64,000 nucleotides of DNA. It comes from Candidatus Bathyarchaeota archaeon. Lineage in GTDB: Archaea > Thermoproteota > Bathyarchaeia > 40CM-2-53-6. The stretch's first letter is position 1, and each line of letters begins with the position of its first letter. The position numbers were made by a program, and so were the translations under genes. The notes under the pieces were generated by a model that did not search any database, was not told the DNA's origin, and saw only the letters and a list, made by a program, of their open reading frames with translations. The stretch lies in contig CAWIHH010000004.1 in the NCBI GenBank assembly GCA_963835925.1, positions 14,452 to 78,451 of the forward strand, read 5' to 3'. Shown one piece after another: positions 1-10,470 of this stretch.

Positions 1-106
1 GGACTCTGATCCGGGGTCTTGAAAGAAGTTTGTGAACCCGTTCATCTTCGGATGTGACGAGGTATGCGTTTCATTGTCCGATCGTGCAATTCCTTGGACG
101 TAACGA

Positions 107-1171
107 TTAAAGAATGTGGGGGAACATGCACGCAACACCGCGAGATGTTGAAGCCGGGTCCACCGACTTGGAGCTGCTATCAATCATGCCTTGGATCAGG
201 TGATTATAAAGGACGCCTCGGTGTCGACTCGCCACTGCTTGGTAAGTTTGGCCGGTGACTGTTTCAATTCGTTTGAGGCGGTCTTTTTTCCATAGGAAAT
301 CGTCGTTCCATTCAGATGAGAGATCTGTGATGGCGTATTGAGGGTGATATTTCACTTCAGCCCCGAGGTAGTTTATTCCGTCAGCACCGATCACTAGAAG
401 AAAGTGTGCTGCGTGGTATCCTGAGAAGTCCACGCTCTGTTCCACATACCGGTCCGGCAACGTGAAGACCTGAAATCCATCTGAAGATGATTCTTGGGTT
501 TCTCTAATTTTCGCCAGAACCTTGTATTGGTTCACACGGTCGGGAGCACCAACATCCCATCGGACACATAGGGGATGGAAATAAATCCAGTCCGCGGCTG
601 CTGCGGAAACTTCTTGTGCAACCGACGGAATTAAGTCCGCATTCTCCCTGCTTGTGAGCGCACTTATGCCGATCTGTAGCTTGCTGCCTTCGCTTTCAAC
701 TCGTGACTTTAGCCTTCTGATCTGGTTGAGGGTGGACTGAAATTCGACCCTTGATTCCTTAGTCCAATCGTATATGGAGACACGCACGGATGATGCGTAT
801 GCGCAGAGCGCGGCAGAAACCTGCTCATCATCCAGAAGACTTCCATTTGTCACGATTGCAATGTCAACGAATCCGTGCTCCCGAGCCATACGGAGAACCT
901 TTGGAAAATTAGGATCCATGGTGGGTTCTCCTCCTGAAAGGAGAAGGCCTCGCGTTTCACCTTCCAGGCGAGTAAACAAGCGCTCGATGAAACTCGGTTC
1001 AAGGCTATTTTGGTACTCGCTCGTCGTGCTTGGGCAATAGGGGCACCTCTTATTGCATTGTGACGTTATATCTAGTTCAATCGTAGCGGGTGTGATCTGT
1101 TCCTTCCGCAAATACGCCTCAAGTTTTTCCTTGTGAAACGCCACTTTGTACGCTGATGCTAATTCAGGCAT
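107..1171 (-). CDS. radical SAM enzyme
   Basis: 354-aa ORF. It has a CNKRCPYC (CX3CX2C) Fe-S/SAM motif near the N-terminus and a downstream LLSGGEPT glycine-rich motif. Confidence 0.8.
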   Translation of the reverse strand: MPELASAYKVAFHKEKLEAYLRKEQITPATIELDITSQCNKRCPYCPSTTSEYQNSLEPSFIERLFTRLEGETRGLLLSGGEPTMDPNFPKVLRMAREHGFVDIAIVTNGSLLDDEQVSAALCAYASSVRVSIYDWTKESRVEFQSTLNQIRRLKSRVESEGSKLQIGISALTSRENADLIPSVAQEVSAAAADWIYFHPLCVRWDVGAPDRVNQYKVLAKIRETQESSSDGFQVFTLPDRYVEQSVDFSGYHAAHFLLVIGADGINYLGAEVKYHPQYAITDLSSEWNDDFLWKKDRLKRIETVTGQTYQAVASRHRGVLYNHLIQGMIDSSSKSVDPASTSRGVACMFPHIL

Positions 1172-1413
1172 CTATCAACCTGCTCTCCTTCAACGAGCGA
1201 TCCTATTACCACCATGTTCTGGCTAACTATGAATCGGCATAGATGCAAATTTACCTGCAGATCTGCCGCCAGATTCACTCATCTCCAAACTGAGGAAGGC
1301 CAAGTGAGATTTATGTGTGAGATGGAACTCTCAAACTGGCAGTCACATAATTCCGACAGAAAGAACAGTTGCATGAGAAGTTACCCTCAGTCCGTTGATT
1401 TGGGAGTTCGAAG

Positions 1414-2523
1414 ATGAAATTGCTTCGAAACGTTTCCTCTCTGTTCAGTCAACTTCCACGGCAACCTTTCACGTTCTCCTCATGGAATGCCAACAAGCAC
1501 CGTATCCCACCTATCTTACGGGAAATCATCTGGTCTACAGCAATCTCGATCATGAAGTTGGACACTAGGCACACTCAATACCTCAGGGGAATTCTTGAAA
1601 ACAATATTATGACACTCACAATAGAACTAACGAACATTTGTAACGCAAACTGTTAGTTCTGTGCCTACAAACATCAGAAGAGAGAAAGAAAGATCATCTC
1701 TGACGACTTGTACAAGTATGCCCTTGATCAGTACGCAGAATCCGGGGGTGGAGTGTTAAATCTGACCCCTGTCGTTGGTGATCCTTTGCTCGACAAGAAC
1801 CTGGTCCCCAAAATCAAATATGCGAAGACCTTGCGCCAAATCGAATACGTCTTCTTCTACACAAACCTCATCGGATTGAGTAATTTCGATGTTACCAATC
1901 TTCTTTCGTCAGGGATCGATGAGATAGACGTCTCCGCATGTGTCGGCAGCAGGCAAATGTACCGCACGGTATACGGCGTTGATAGATATGATTCCGTTAT
2001 GCAGAACCTCCGAAGTCTCCTGAAGGAGAATTGGCGGCTGGGGGATCGAGTCAAGGTCAAAGTTCACGTCAGGGGCGACAAACCACATGAACGAATCAAG
2101 TTGAGTTCTGACTATCGTCGAATTTCCGAATTGTACGGCAAGGAAGTCATCCATGCTGATGAATGCTACGATAACTGGACAGGAATCATAAGAGAAGAAG
2201 ACCTACCGAAGAACAACGTATTTAGAGAAATCAAGAATCGGTCGGAACCGTGCTCGGAATTGTATAATGGCATGATTATCTTCGCAAACGGAAACGTGGG
2301 AATCTGCTGGCGTAGAGACGTTGAAGCAAAGCTGATTATTGGAAATATTCACGTGAGTAACTTGGAGGACATTTGGAAAGGAAGAGCACCTCACATGATT
2401 AGGGAGAATTGGCTGAAGGGGAACGTTCCCTCGACATGCAGCCGATGCTACTGCTACACGCCCCTATCGGAGTTCTTATTCACAAATGGACTGCGGAATA
2501 CTCCATATGGAACGCAAGCATGA
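1414..2523 (+). CDS. radical SAM / SPASM-like enzyme interrupted by one in-frame TAG (1654-1656) inside the CX3CX2C motif
   Basis: ORFs 1414-1656 and 1708-2523 share one frame. Read-through gives TNICNANC-[TAG]-FCAYK. The C-terminus has a Cys-rich SPASM-like region (CSELY..GICW..CSRCYCY). Confidence 0.7.
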
Positions 2524-2609
2524 GCAAAGTCAACAGCATCAACTGAAAGCCATGGTAAATGCGTGACCAGAAACGGCAATATCCTGGGCGATTGATACTA
2601 CAGGTTCGG

Positions 2610-3808
2610 TTAATGGTCGGTCAATTTCGTTGTTTCATTAAGAACATTCATGACCAGCTGAGCAACGATATTCCAATCATTTTGAACGGCCAACTTTCGT
2701 GTCTCAACTCCAAGTTTGAATTGCTCGTGACTGTTCCGCAATATGTGCTCACAACCTCGAAGCCAATCGTCATGCGAATTAGACTCAAGAAACAATGCTG
2801 CTCCTTCCGCATATTCTTCAAGTCCTAAGCCGCGAGAGACAAGAACCGGAAGTCCCGAGGCCATAGCTTCGAGCAGAGCGAGCGGTGCAGCTTCGGTTGT
2901 ACTGGGCAAGCAGAAGGCCGTCGCGCATTTGAAAAGAGATGAGATGTCTTCATGATTCAGGAGACCTGGAAAGCTCACTGATTGACCTAAGCCTAGCTGT
3001 CGAGACAACCGTTGCATACGCGAACGGTCCGGGCCGTCTCCGGCGAGAACAAGCTGAACATCAATCTTACGCCGAAGATCAGCAAATACTTCAAGAAGGA
3101 AGTCGAGATTTTTCTCCTGAACAAAACGACCCGCCCACACCAACAGACTTTTCTCACGTGCAGTTGGACTCGGGCTGAACATTTTACAATCGACACCTTG
3201 CGGCACCGCGAGATTCGAGACAGCGGAACTCCAAGTCCAATGAGCCGCTTCACTTCCATTCCTGATAATGCAATTACGCGATCAGCATTGCGGAGTATTC
3301 TCCTCGACACGCAAGTGATGTACGCCTCTTCAAGAAGATTAAGCACAGGTTGACGTTTCACTCTGACTCCATGGCTGACTACTATGAGAGGTATTGAACG
3401 TAGTTGCGATAGCCAATAAGCAATCACTGTTGTGAACATCAAGTGTGAATGTGCAACGACCACGTCAAATCGTTCGTTTGTTCTAAGGGAGTGCTGAAAC
3501 ATCGAGAGAGGTACTGGATTCTCTGCCAACCACAAGCGTGCAGGGAAGCGTCTTATCAAGCATCGCTTGGCAAGCTCTAAACTAGGGTATTCCCCCTCAA
3601 GAGAAGTCCAGACCTCAACTTGATGTTCTTTCGAATGTAATTCCGAAATTTTGTTGACGTAGACGGACAGCCCACCTTGGCAAGGTGGGAAATATCGGTG
3701 TGCGATATGTAATATTCTCATACAATTCATTCCGTGGTCATTAGCGGTGTTATTCACCGCAGCTGCATTATGCTGGACTGGTTCACAATCACTCTTGATG
3801 TTTTGCAC
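2610..3808 (-). CDS. GT4-family glycosyltransferase, one frameshift near 3200 (true start probably 3721)
   Basis: The N-part (MRILHIAHRYFPP..GG) and the C-part (EKNLDFLL..LPSTTEAAPLALLEAMASGLPV) lie in two overlapping frames. Confidence 0.7.
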
Positions 3809-5561
3809 TCAAAAGGTAATGGCCTTGGCTCTCCACACCGATTCACACAACCACTTTCGACAATTGTCGTCTGGTTCGGAAGTGGCGAGTAGAGAATTTC
3901 ATACCAAGAGAAGTTTGAACGTCCTCCTATCAGTTTGTTTGAGAAATGCAAAAGTAACCAATTTAGCACTTCAGGTCTTGGCAGGAACCAGGTGCCTCTC
4001 TGCTGATGCACAAGTACCACGGCAATGACATTTCTGTGTTCCAGCGAATCTTGAATAGAACTCACGTTCCTGTAGACATTCAAATCGATTAGGTCGGCAT
4101 TAGGCAGGTAGAACCTGATTTCCATCGCATTAGTCAAAATCGTGCCTCCTGTGAATCCTAAATCCGCTATGGCGTGTCCAGCGTCACGCACTCCGCTGTA
4201 CTCCTCAGTAATTACCGGCATTAAGCCAATGGAACCAACGAGTAAGAAGACAAATACTATTCCAATGGTGCGCTTACTGCTGGTATGTGGTAGCACGCTG
4301 CCTCCATTTACTCCTAACGCGGCAAGCGGTACTGATGAGATTAGCAGGTAGCGAATGTCCCTTACTTTGAAAATCATCAAGACTATGGGCACAAGTAACC
4401 ATAACATCAACCAGATTCCCCCGCTTTCTTTATTCCTCAGTGATAGGTACACAGCGGTTAAGGCGAGGAGAATGAGGGGTAGAGTCCACCATCCAGGTAA
4501 TTGGGAAACAAGGTCAAAGTAGCTGATCCAGGACAAGGTCCCCCCCAGCTCGACGCCTCTCAAAATGACGCTGGTAGTCAAGCCAAGAGAATAAGCAAAG
4601 GAAACCGGGGATAACATCGCCCATAATCCGTACGCTACTGCTCCGATGAAGCTGACAAAACTCCCCCATACTAGTCTTCGAGATCTCGTCAGTCTAGGAT
4701 AGAAAAATGCTGCAAGAAAGATCATAACCATCCAAAGAAAAGGTATAACTCCCTTACTCCAGAAAGCCAAACCAAGTACGACACCTGAAATTACAAGCGC
4801 CTTCTTTGAGTCATATCGAACCGAGTGCAGAAACATTGTCAAAGCCAGAAGCCCAAAAAAGAACGCGTAGCGTCTGTCAATGCCAAGGACTGAAAGGCAA
4901 CCCCTTGCGGAAGCATGGCAAAGAAAGAAGTTGCATAGAGAGCAGTGATGCGGTTCTGAATTGTCAACACAAACCAATATACAATGGGTATAGACGCTAG
5001 AGCAAACACAACCGAAACGATACGCGCCCCTTCCAGTGACCCAAGGACTTCATACCCGAGTGACATCAACATAATCCCTAACGGCGGGTGAACCGCCTGA
5101 AGTCCAGCTATGCGATCATAATTCTGCAGGAAATTCGCGAGGTTAGTCCACGGGTGAGTGCTCAAGATCGCCCAAATCTGATATTCATCAGGATAGTAGC
5201 TTGCTGAGAAAGCGACAACAAACCTCAACGCAGCAGAAATCAACATTAGCACGATTATGAAATAAGAGGATCTCTCAAACAGCCAATTCAACAAAGGAGG
5301 TTTGAGATCGTACCTAGAGGCAACTATGAGGGCGAATAAAGCAAGAATCGGTAGGGAAATGAGAAAGACTGGTACCTGGAAACCCAATTCTCCAACGATA
5401 AGAAAAAAAACTAGCGAGGCGATCGCACCCGCCAAGGCTATGATTATCCAAGCTGCATCTTCCAACGTCTTGAAGAAGCTCATCACCGAATCTAAGCACG
5501 GGTTCTTTCTCTGATTCAAGAACGTATCGCAACTGATTCCGATTGAAAAGGAAGGTGTCAA
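3754..5561 (-). CDS. GT-C fold membrane glycosyltransferase (PMT/ArnT-like), one frameshift near 4900
   Basis: Polytopic membrane protein split over two overlapping frames. It has a YYPDEY loop motif and VHPPLG early in the protein, typical of GT39/GT83-type enzymes. Confidence 0.55.
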
Positions 5562-5760
5562 CGAGGTCTTGTCATTACGAGCACCCTACATTAACTACTG
5601 CCTAACTCCTAATTCTTGAATGGATAATGCGCATCACTAGAACCGCATACACAAGAACGCCGGTAAAACATCGATCCGTTCAAGCGAATCCAGTTGACTC
5701 GATCAACACCTCCAGCAGTGAATGTGGAACGCGACATCGCAAGGGTGCCTTCTCTCGCAC

Positions 5761-6489
5761 TTAGTCGAACTGGAAGGAAAGAAAGTGCCAATCACTGTTT
5801 GTTGTTCCTTCGACAACCAGCGTACCTGTAAAGCCAGGGGCAGGTGCGAAGGGCAGTACGGACCAGCTTGAAGTATTCTCGGCAGGTTCGTCAGAGTTAT
5901 CCAGAAGATCAGTTCCGCTGGATAGTTGGAAACGTTCAGCGAAACCAGTTCCAATTGCTTTGACAAGGGCCTCTTGTCTAGTCCAACTATCAAAGAACAC
6001 CATTCTCCTCTCATTTCTAGTTACAGCCCTGGCAGCTTCGCGCTCGGAAAGGCACGTATCCACAATCTGTTCAACGCCCGGCAATTCTCGAACAAACTCA
6101 ACGTCAATGCCTAAGCGGCGCCCGCGAGTGAATGCGTACAGAACAAGCTCATGTGAATGAGCTAAGCTAAATTGAAACGCATCTCTGCCGTATCCCTGCT
6201 CCACATATGGTTTACCATGGGCCCCGTAGTAGAATTCGATCAGATTCGGTTCAGCGTTCAGGTAGAATCCGAGGATCGTTCGAAGTACCCCTCTCCCTAC
6301 AATGAATTGCCTTCTAGCGTTGTTAGAACGAAAGCGCGCCGCCCTTCTGCGGTCTTCCACGGATAGTCTTGAGGCCAACTCATGATCAGAGAGAGTGTGT
6401 CTTTCAAGATTCAGGCGCCAAACATGGACATCTTTGCTTGACAATTCTGCCGGGAGGCTAGGCGTAGCCCAGGAGTTCGCGAATTTCAC
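5761..6489 (-). CDS. Sfp-type 4'-phosphopantetheinyl transferase
   Basis: 242 aa with GKPY, LGIDVE and FFDSWTRQEALVKAIG (WxxKEAxxK-like) motifs. Its start overlaps the stop of the upstream carrier-protein gene by 4 nt. Confidence 0.85.
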   Translation of the reverse strand: MKFANSWATPSLPAELSSKDVHVWRLNLERHTLSDHELASRLSVEDRRRAARFRSNNARRQFIVGRGVLRTILGFYLNAEPNLIEFYYGAHGKPYVEQGYGRDAFQFSLAHSHELVLYAFTRGRRLGIDVEFVRELPGVEQIVDTCLSEREAARAVTRNERRMVFFDSWTRQEALVKAIGTGFAERFQLSSGTDLLDNSDEPAENTSSWSVLPFAPAPGFTGTLVVEGTTNSDWHFLSFQFD

Positions 6490-9149
6490 GACTGACTCCT
6501 TCTGTCTGGCGACAATTGTACGTTGTTCACGGCATTATCAACGTAAGTTCTTACAAGTTCGCCCAGAACCTGTACGTATGGTTCTTTCAGTATGCTCAAA
6601 TGTTCGCCTGGCACCACGTGGGCTTCAAACGGGCCAATAGCCAGTCGCCTCCAAGCATCTATCCTACGCTGAGGTTCAGGACTAAAAGGCGCTCTCTTTT
6701 CGGGCAAAAATAAAGCGGTTCGTCCTGGATATGGCTTTGGAACGTATCTATCTACTGCTTTCTGCGTTTCAACCCAGACCCGAAACCGGCGAACGAAGAT
6801 CTTGCCCAGCTGCCGAGAATAATGACCAAATATCGACTTTGCAAGTGTTATTGCTTCTTCCCTGTGCTTCAGATAGAAGGATACTTTATGTAGATACTGT
6901 TCAAGGTCTTCTAAACAGCCGCGATGTTCAATAGTGGTGCTAGGCTCAAATGGTCTGGGCAGTCTAGTGTCAAGCAGAATAAGCGCTGCAACATCTGAAC
7001 TTTGTGTACGCAGTTGTTGGGCCATTTCTAGCGCTACGATTCCTCCGATTCCTGCTCCACCTAAAACGTAGGGACCGTGCGGTTGCACGGCTCGAATTTC
7101 TTTCATGTAGTGGGCGGCCATCTCCTCAACCCGCGTAATTGCGGCAGTATTTTTGTCAAGGCCTTGCGCTCTCACCGCGTAAAATGGCTGGTCTGGACCA
7201 AGTCGACGGGCAATGTCTGTGAGGAATAGAACCTCACCTTCACATGCATGCACGAAATAAAGAGGTACTTTGGCACCCGTGGGTTGGATGGCGGTTAGCG
7301 ATGCTGGAGGCATGAAGAATTTTTTCACACCCAGCATACTAGCCATTTCCTCAATCGTAGGCGCGTGAAGAAAAATCACTAATGTTATGTCTCTTCTTTG
7401 CAGCGCTTCGCATAACTTGGAAAGGATTACTCTCGCTTGAATTGAGTCACCTCCTAGCTCAAAGAAGTTGTCGTTAACGCCGATTTTCTCCACGCCCAAG
7501 ACCTGCGACCATATTCTTGCTATTTTTACTTCTAGCGGAGTGCTTGGAGCCTTGTATGCTGCTTCAGCTTCTAGAATCGGTGCATCGCTAGATTGTCCTA
7601 AGCCTAAACGTGCAGCAAGGCCTATCCGCTGCATTTTGCCGGTTGGCCCTTTAGGTATCTCTTTCAGGAAAACGATCCTGCGCGGAATTTTGTAATCTGC
7701 CAAACGGCTAGCAACGAATCGTTGAATTTCCCACTCTGTGGCACTCGTACCCTCACGCAAAACAATCGCAGCGGCAACATCTTCACCGAATTTGGGATCC
7801 GGCACTCCGAAGGCAATTGCTTGCGCAACGCATGGATGGCCCAAAAGGACTTCATCTATTTCACGTGGTGAGATCTTTTCGCCGCCGCGGTTGATTATCT
7901 CCTTGAGACGCCCCGTGAGCGTGAGGAAGCCCTCTTGATCAAGATAACCTTGGTCTCCTGTCCTAAACCACCCCTTGACGAATGCTGTGGCGTTTGCGTC
8001 TGGATTGTTGTCATAGCCTCGCATGACGGTCGGACCACGGATCACTACTTCGCCAATTTCGTCCTGCGGCAACAGATTTCCATCAGCATCCATGATTCCA
8101 ATTTCCGGACCAGCAGGTAAGCCTACTGACCCCGCCTTTCGCATGTTTGGTGGCAGTGGGTTGCTGGCCATCTGATGCGAGGCTTCAGTCATTCCGTATG
8201 ATTCGATCACGGGAACATTGAAGGTCTTTTCCAAATCAGTCATAACCTGCGGCGGCAAGGGGGAAGATGAAGATCGAATAAATCGCAGCTTGGAGTGGCC
8301 AATAACGTCGAGATTGTTCTTGGACCGCGCCAATATCGCTTGGTGCATAGTGGGCACTGCAGTGTACCATGTCGGATTACACTCCTTCATCCAATCGTAG
8401 AATCTCGGAGCATAGAAGCCAGGCGTGCAGAAAATAGATGCACCCGCAGATATCGTTGAAAGCAATGCGCCGATGAGGCCGTGTATGTGGAAAAGGGGCA
8501 TAACGTTTAGACAGCAATCCGCCGGAGTCAACTTGAGAACTGTTCGAATATTGCGGGCTGAATTGCATATGTTCTCGTGCGTCAGCGGAACCATCTTGGG
8601 CCGTGATGTCGTACCAGAGGTATGTAGGACCAAAGCAACATCGTTGGGCTCGGCGAAGCCTCCAGCGGAAATGTGATTCTCACCCTCGCTACTTAGAGTG
8701 AAGACGCCCGCACTTTCCTCCAACACAGGCGAAAGGCGTACAACGGGAATCCCTCTTTCCCTCGCAATACTAATTGCTGGCAAGTCCATTCCGGACTGAA
8801 TTATGAACGCTCGCGGCTTCAAATCGGAGAGGAGAAAATCGAACTCCTCAGCTTGCAAGTACGGATTAATAGGCGCGCTCCCTGCGACGGAAGCTACTGC
8901 TAAGAATGCAACTGCGGCCTCGGGGCCATTTGGCACTACCATGGCAACACGATCGTTTCTGCCGACGCCCATCGCATTCAGTGATTCGACAGTAAGGTCG
9001 ATTTGTTTGCTCAATCCCTCGTAAGTCAAAGACGACCGTCCCGGAGCAGCGATTGCAAATGCATGTGGAGTCTTCTTTGCGCAGTTTGACACGAATTCGC
9101 TAACGGTTAAAACAGGCGAAGAAAGGTCACGTCTAGTGTTGTCATCCAT
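6486..9149 (-). CDS. NRPS-like adenylation / carrier protein / thioesterase-like tridomain protein
   Basis: 887 aa. LHTSGTTSRPK is the AMP-binding core. GWFRTGD and GRLKEIINRGGEKI are later adenylation motifs. FFELGGDSIQA is the phosphopantetheine attachment site. The C-terminus is an alpha/beta-hydrolase region with GPYVLGGAGIGG and GEH. Confidence 0.85.
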   Translation of the reverse strand: MDDNTRRDLSSPVLTVSEFVSNCAKKTPHAFAIAAPGRSSLTYEGLSKQIDLTVESLNAMGVGRNDRVAMVVPNGPEAAVAFLAVASVAGSAPINPYLQAEEFDFLLSDLKPRAFIIQSGMDLPAISIARERGIPVVRLSPVLEESAGVFTLSSEGENHISAGGFAEPNDVALVLHTSGTTSRPKMVPLTHENICNSARNIRTVLKLTPADCCLNVMPLFHIHGLIGALLSTISAGASIFCTPGFYAPRFYDWMKECNPTWYTAVPTMHQAILARSKNNLDVIGHSKLRFIRSSSSPLPPQVMTDLEKTFNVPVIESYGMTEASHQMASNPLPPNMRKAGSVGLPAGPEIGIMDADGNLLPQDEIGEVVIRGPTVMRGYDNNPDANATAFVKGWFRTGDQGYLDQEGFLTLTGRLKEIINRGGEKISPREIDEVLLGHPCVAQAIAFGVPDPKFGEDVAAAIVLREGTSATEWEIQRFVASRLADYKIPRRIVFLKEIPKGPTGKMQRIGLAARLGLGQSSDAPILEAEAAYKAPSTPLEVKIARIWSQVLGVEKIGVNDNFFELGGDSIQARVILSKLCEALQRRDITLVIFLHAPTIEEMASMLGVKKFFMPPASLTAIQPTGAKVPLYFVHACEGEVLFLTDIARRLGPDQPFYAVRAQGLDKNTAAITRVEEMAAHYMKEIRAVQPHGPYVLGGAGIGGIVALEMAQQLRTQSSDVAALILLDTRLPRPFEPSTTIEHRGCLEDLEQYLHKVSFYLKHREEAITLAKSIFGHYSRQLGKIFVRRFRVWVETQKAVDRYVPKPYPGRTALFLPEKRAPFSPEPQRRIDAWRRLAIGPFEAHVVPGEHLSILKEPYVQVLGELVRTYVDNAVNNVQLSPDRRSQS

Positions 9150-9349
9150 CTCGGTTCATCTATGTCTGCTCATCATCCGCCTGAACGGAATGCTCAGCTT
9201 CTCAATTCTTCTCTTATTAGGCAGAGGCCCTCGTCTGCACGCGTGTGGGCATTCTGGTGCGCCAAGAGGATAAGCCTTTCACTCAGTTGGAGAGGGCGTA
9301 TTACCTGCCGCGAGTACGGTAAAACTACTAACGAGTTAATTTCTAAGGC

Positions 9350-10402
9350 GTGTGTGAGGCCTACGAGATGAAAGTGAAGCAGCTAGTTGCGAGCGCTGCC
9401 AACTACACAGGCACGTTGGCTGCTTACGCATTCCTTCGAAGGAAGATCACAAACTCACAAGTGGCTATCCTATTGTACCATCGAATCAGTCCTGCAGAAG
9501 ACACGTATCATCGTCCGCTTGATCCTGTGAGCTTTCGTGAACAAATCAAGTATATTGCCGACAATTTCAAGATACTCGGTCTGGAACAGCTAGCCGGTAT
9601 GATCCGATCGGGCCGATCGCTCCCTGAAAAAGCCGCGGTCATTACCATCGACGACGGATATAGAGACAGTTACGACTATGCCTATCCAATCCTTCAAGAA
9701 TATGAAGTACCCGCAACGGTGTTCGTTGTTACAGGTAACCTAGACAACAGGGAGCTATTCTGGTGGGACAGAGTAGAGTACATACTCAAACACACTACAA
9801 AACGCTAACTGAACTTGGAAGAGCTTGGCAGTTATCAACTCGAACGTGAAGATAACAGGTTCAGTGCGATAGTCAATGCTATTGGAAAACTGAAGAGAAT
9901 TCCTGATGACGAGAAGAACCTGATGGTCGCCAAGCTTTCAGGAATCTGTGACGTGAAGATCCCGCGTCAAGATGTGGAGAAAGGTCTCCTTTCTTGGGAG
10001 AACGTCAGAGAGATGAGCAAAGGCGGCATAGTTTTTGGAGCTCACTCGGTGAACCATCCGATTCTAACTAACGTGTCCCTTGAGCTCGCTAGGGACGAAA
10101 TAGTTGAGTCAAAGAGAAGTCTCGAGAAGAAACTGGGCAAAAGTGTGACATCTTTTTCCTATCCCGATGGCCACTTCAATGTCGACATTGCAAAGCTGGT
10201 CGCTGGAAACGGCTTTACCTGTGCTGTCTCTGTGGGTCCAGGCAAATTGGTCAATGTCACCGATAACGTATATGGACTTGGAAGAATCTGCCCCGGTGAG
10301 GATTATAGCAAATTCAAAGCGCTGATCTCCGGGTTGGCTGGGGACGCGGAAAGAGCTTGGAGTGCATGCAGACGGGATCATCTGTCGATTGATAGCGAAT
10401 GA
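9350..10402 (+). CDS. polysaccharide deacetylase (CE4) interrupted by an in-frame TAA (9806-9808)
   Basis: ORFs 9350-9808 and 9815-10402 share one frame. Motifs are ITIDDGYRDSY (Asp-Asp metal/catalytic motif) and GAHSVNHP. The likely ATG is at 9368. Confidence 0.75.
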
Positions 10403-10470
10403 AACCTATCATCGAGCGCTGGCGGTAAGTGGCTTCATGTCCTGTCGCCCAGAGAGACGAAAGGGTGGTC

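Noticed and set aside
1654-1656. The in-frame TAG might be a pyrrolysine codon.
   Set aside because: There are no pyl genes or a PYLIS-like context in the window, and many other genes here are broken by ordinary lesions. It is reported as an observation, not as recoding.
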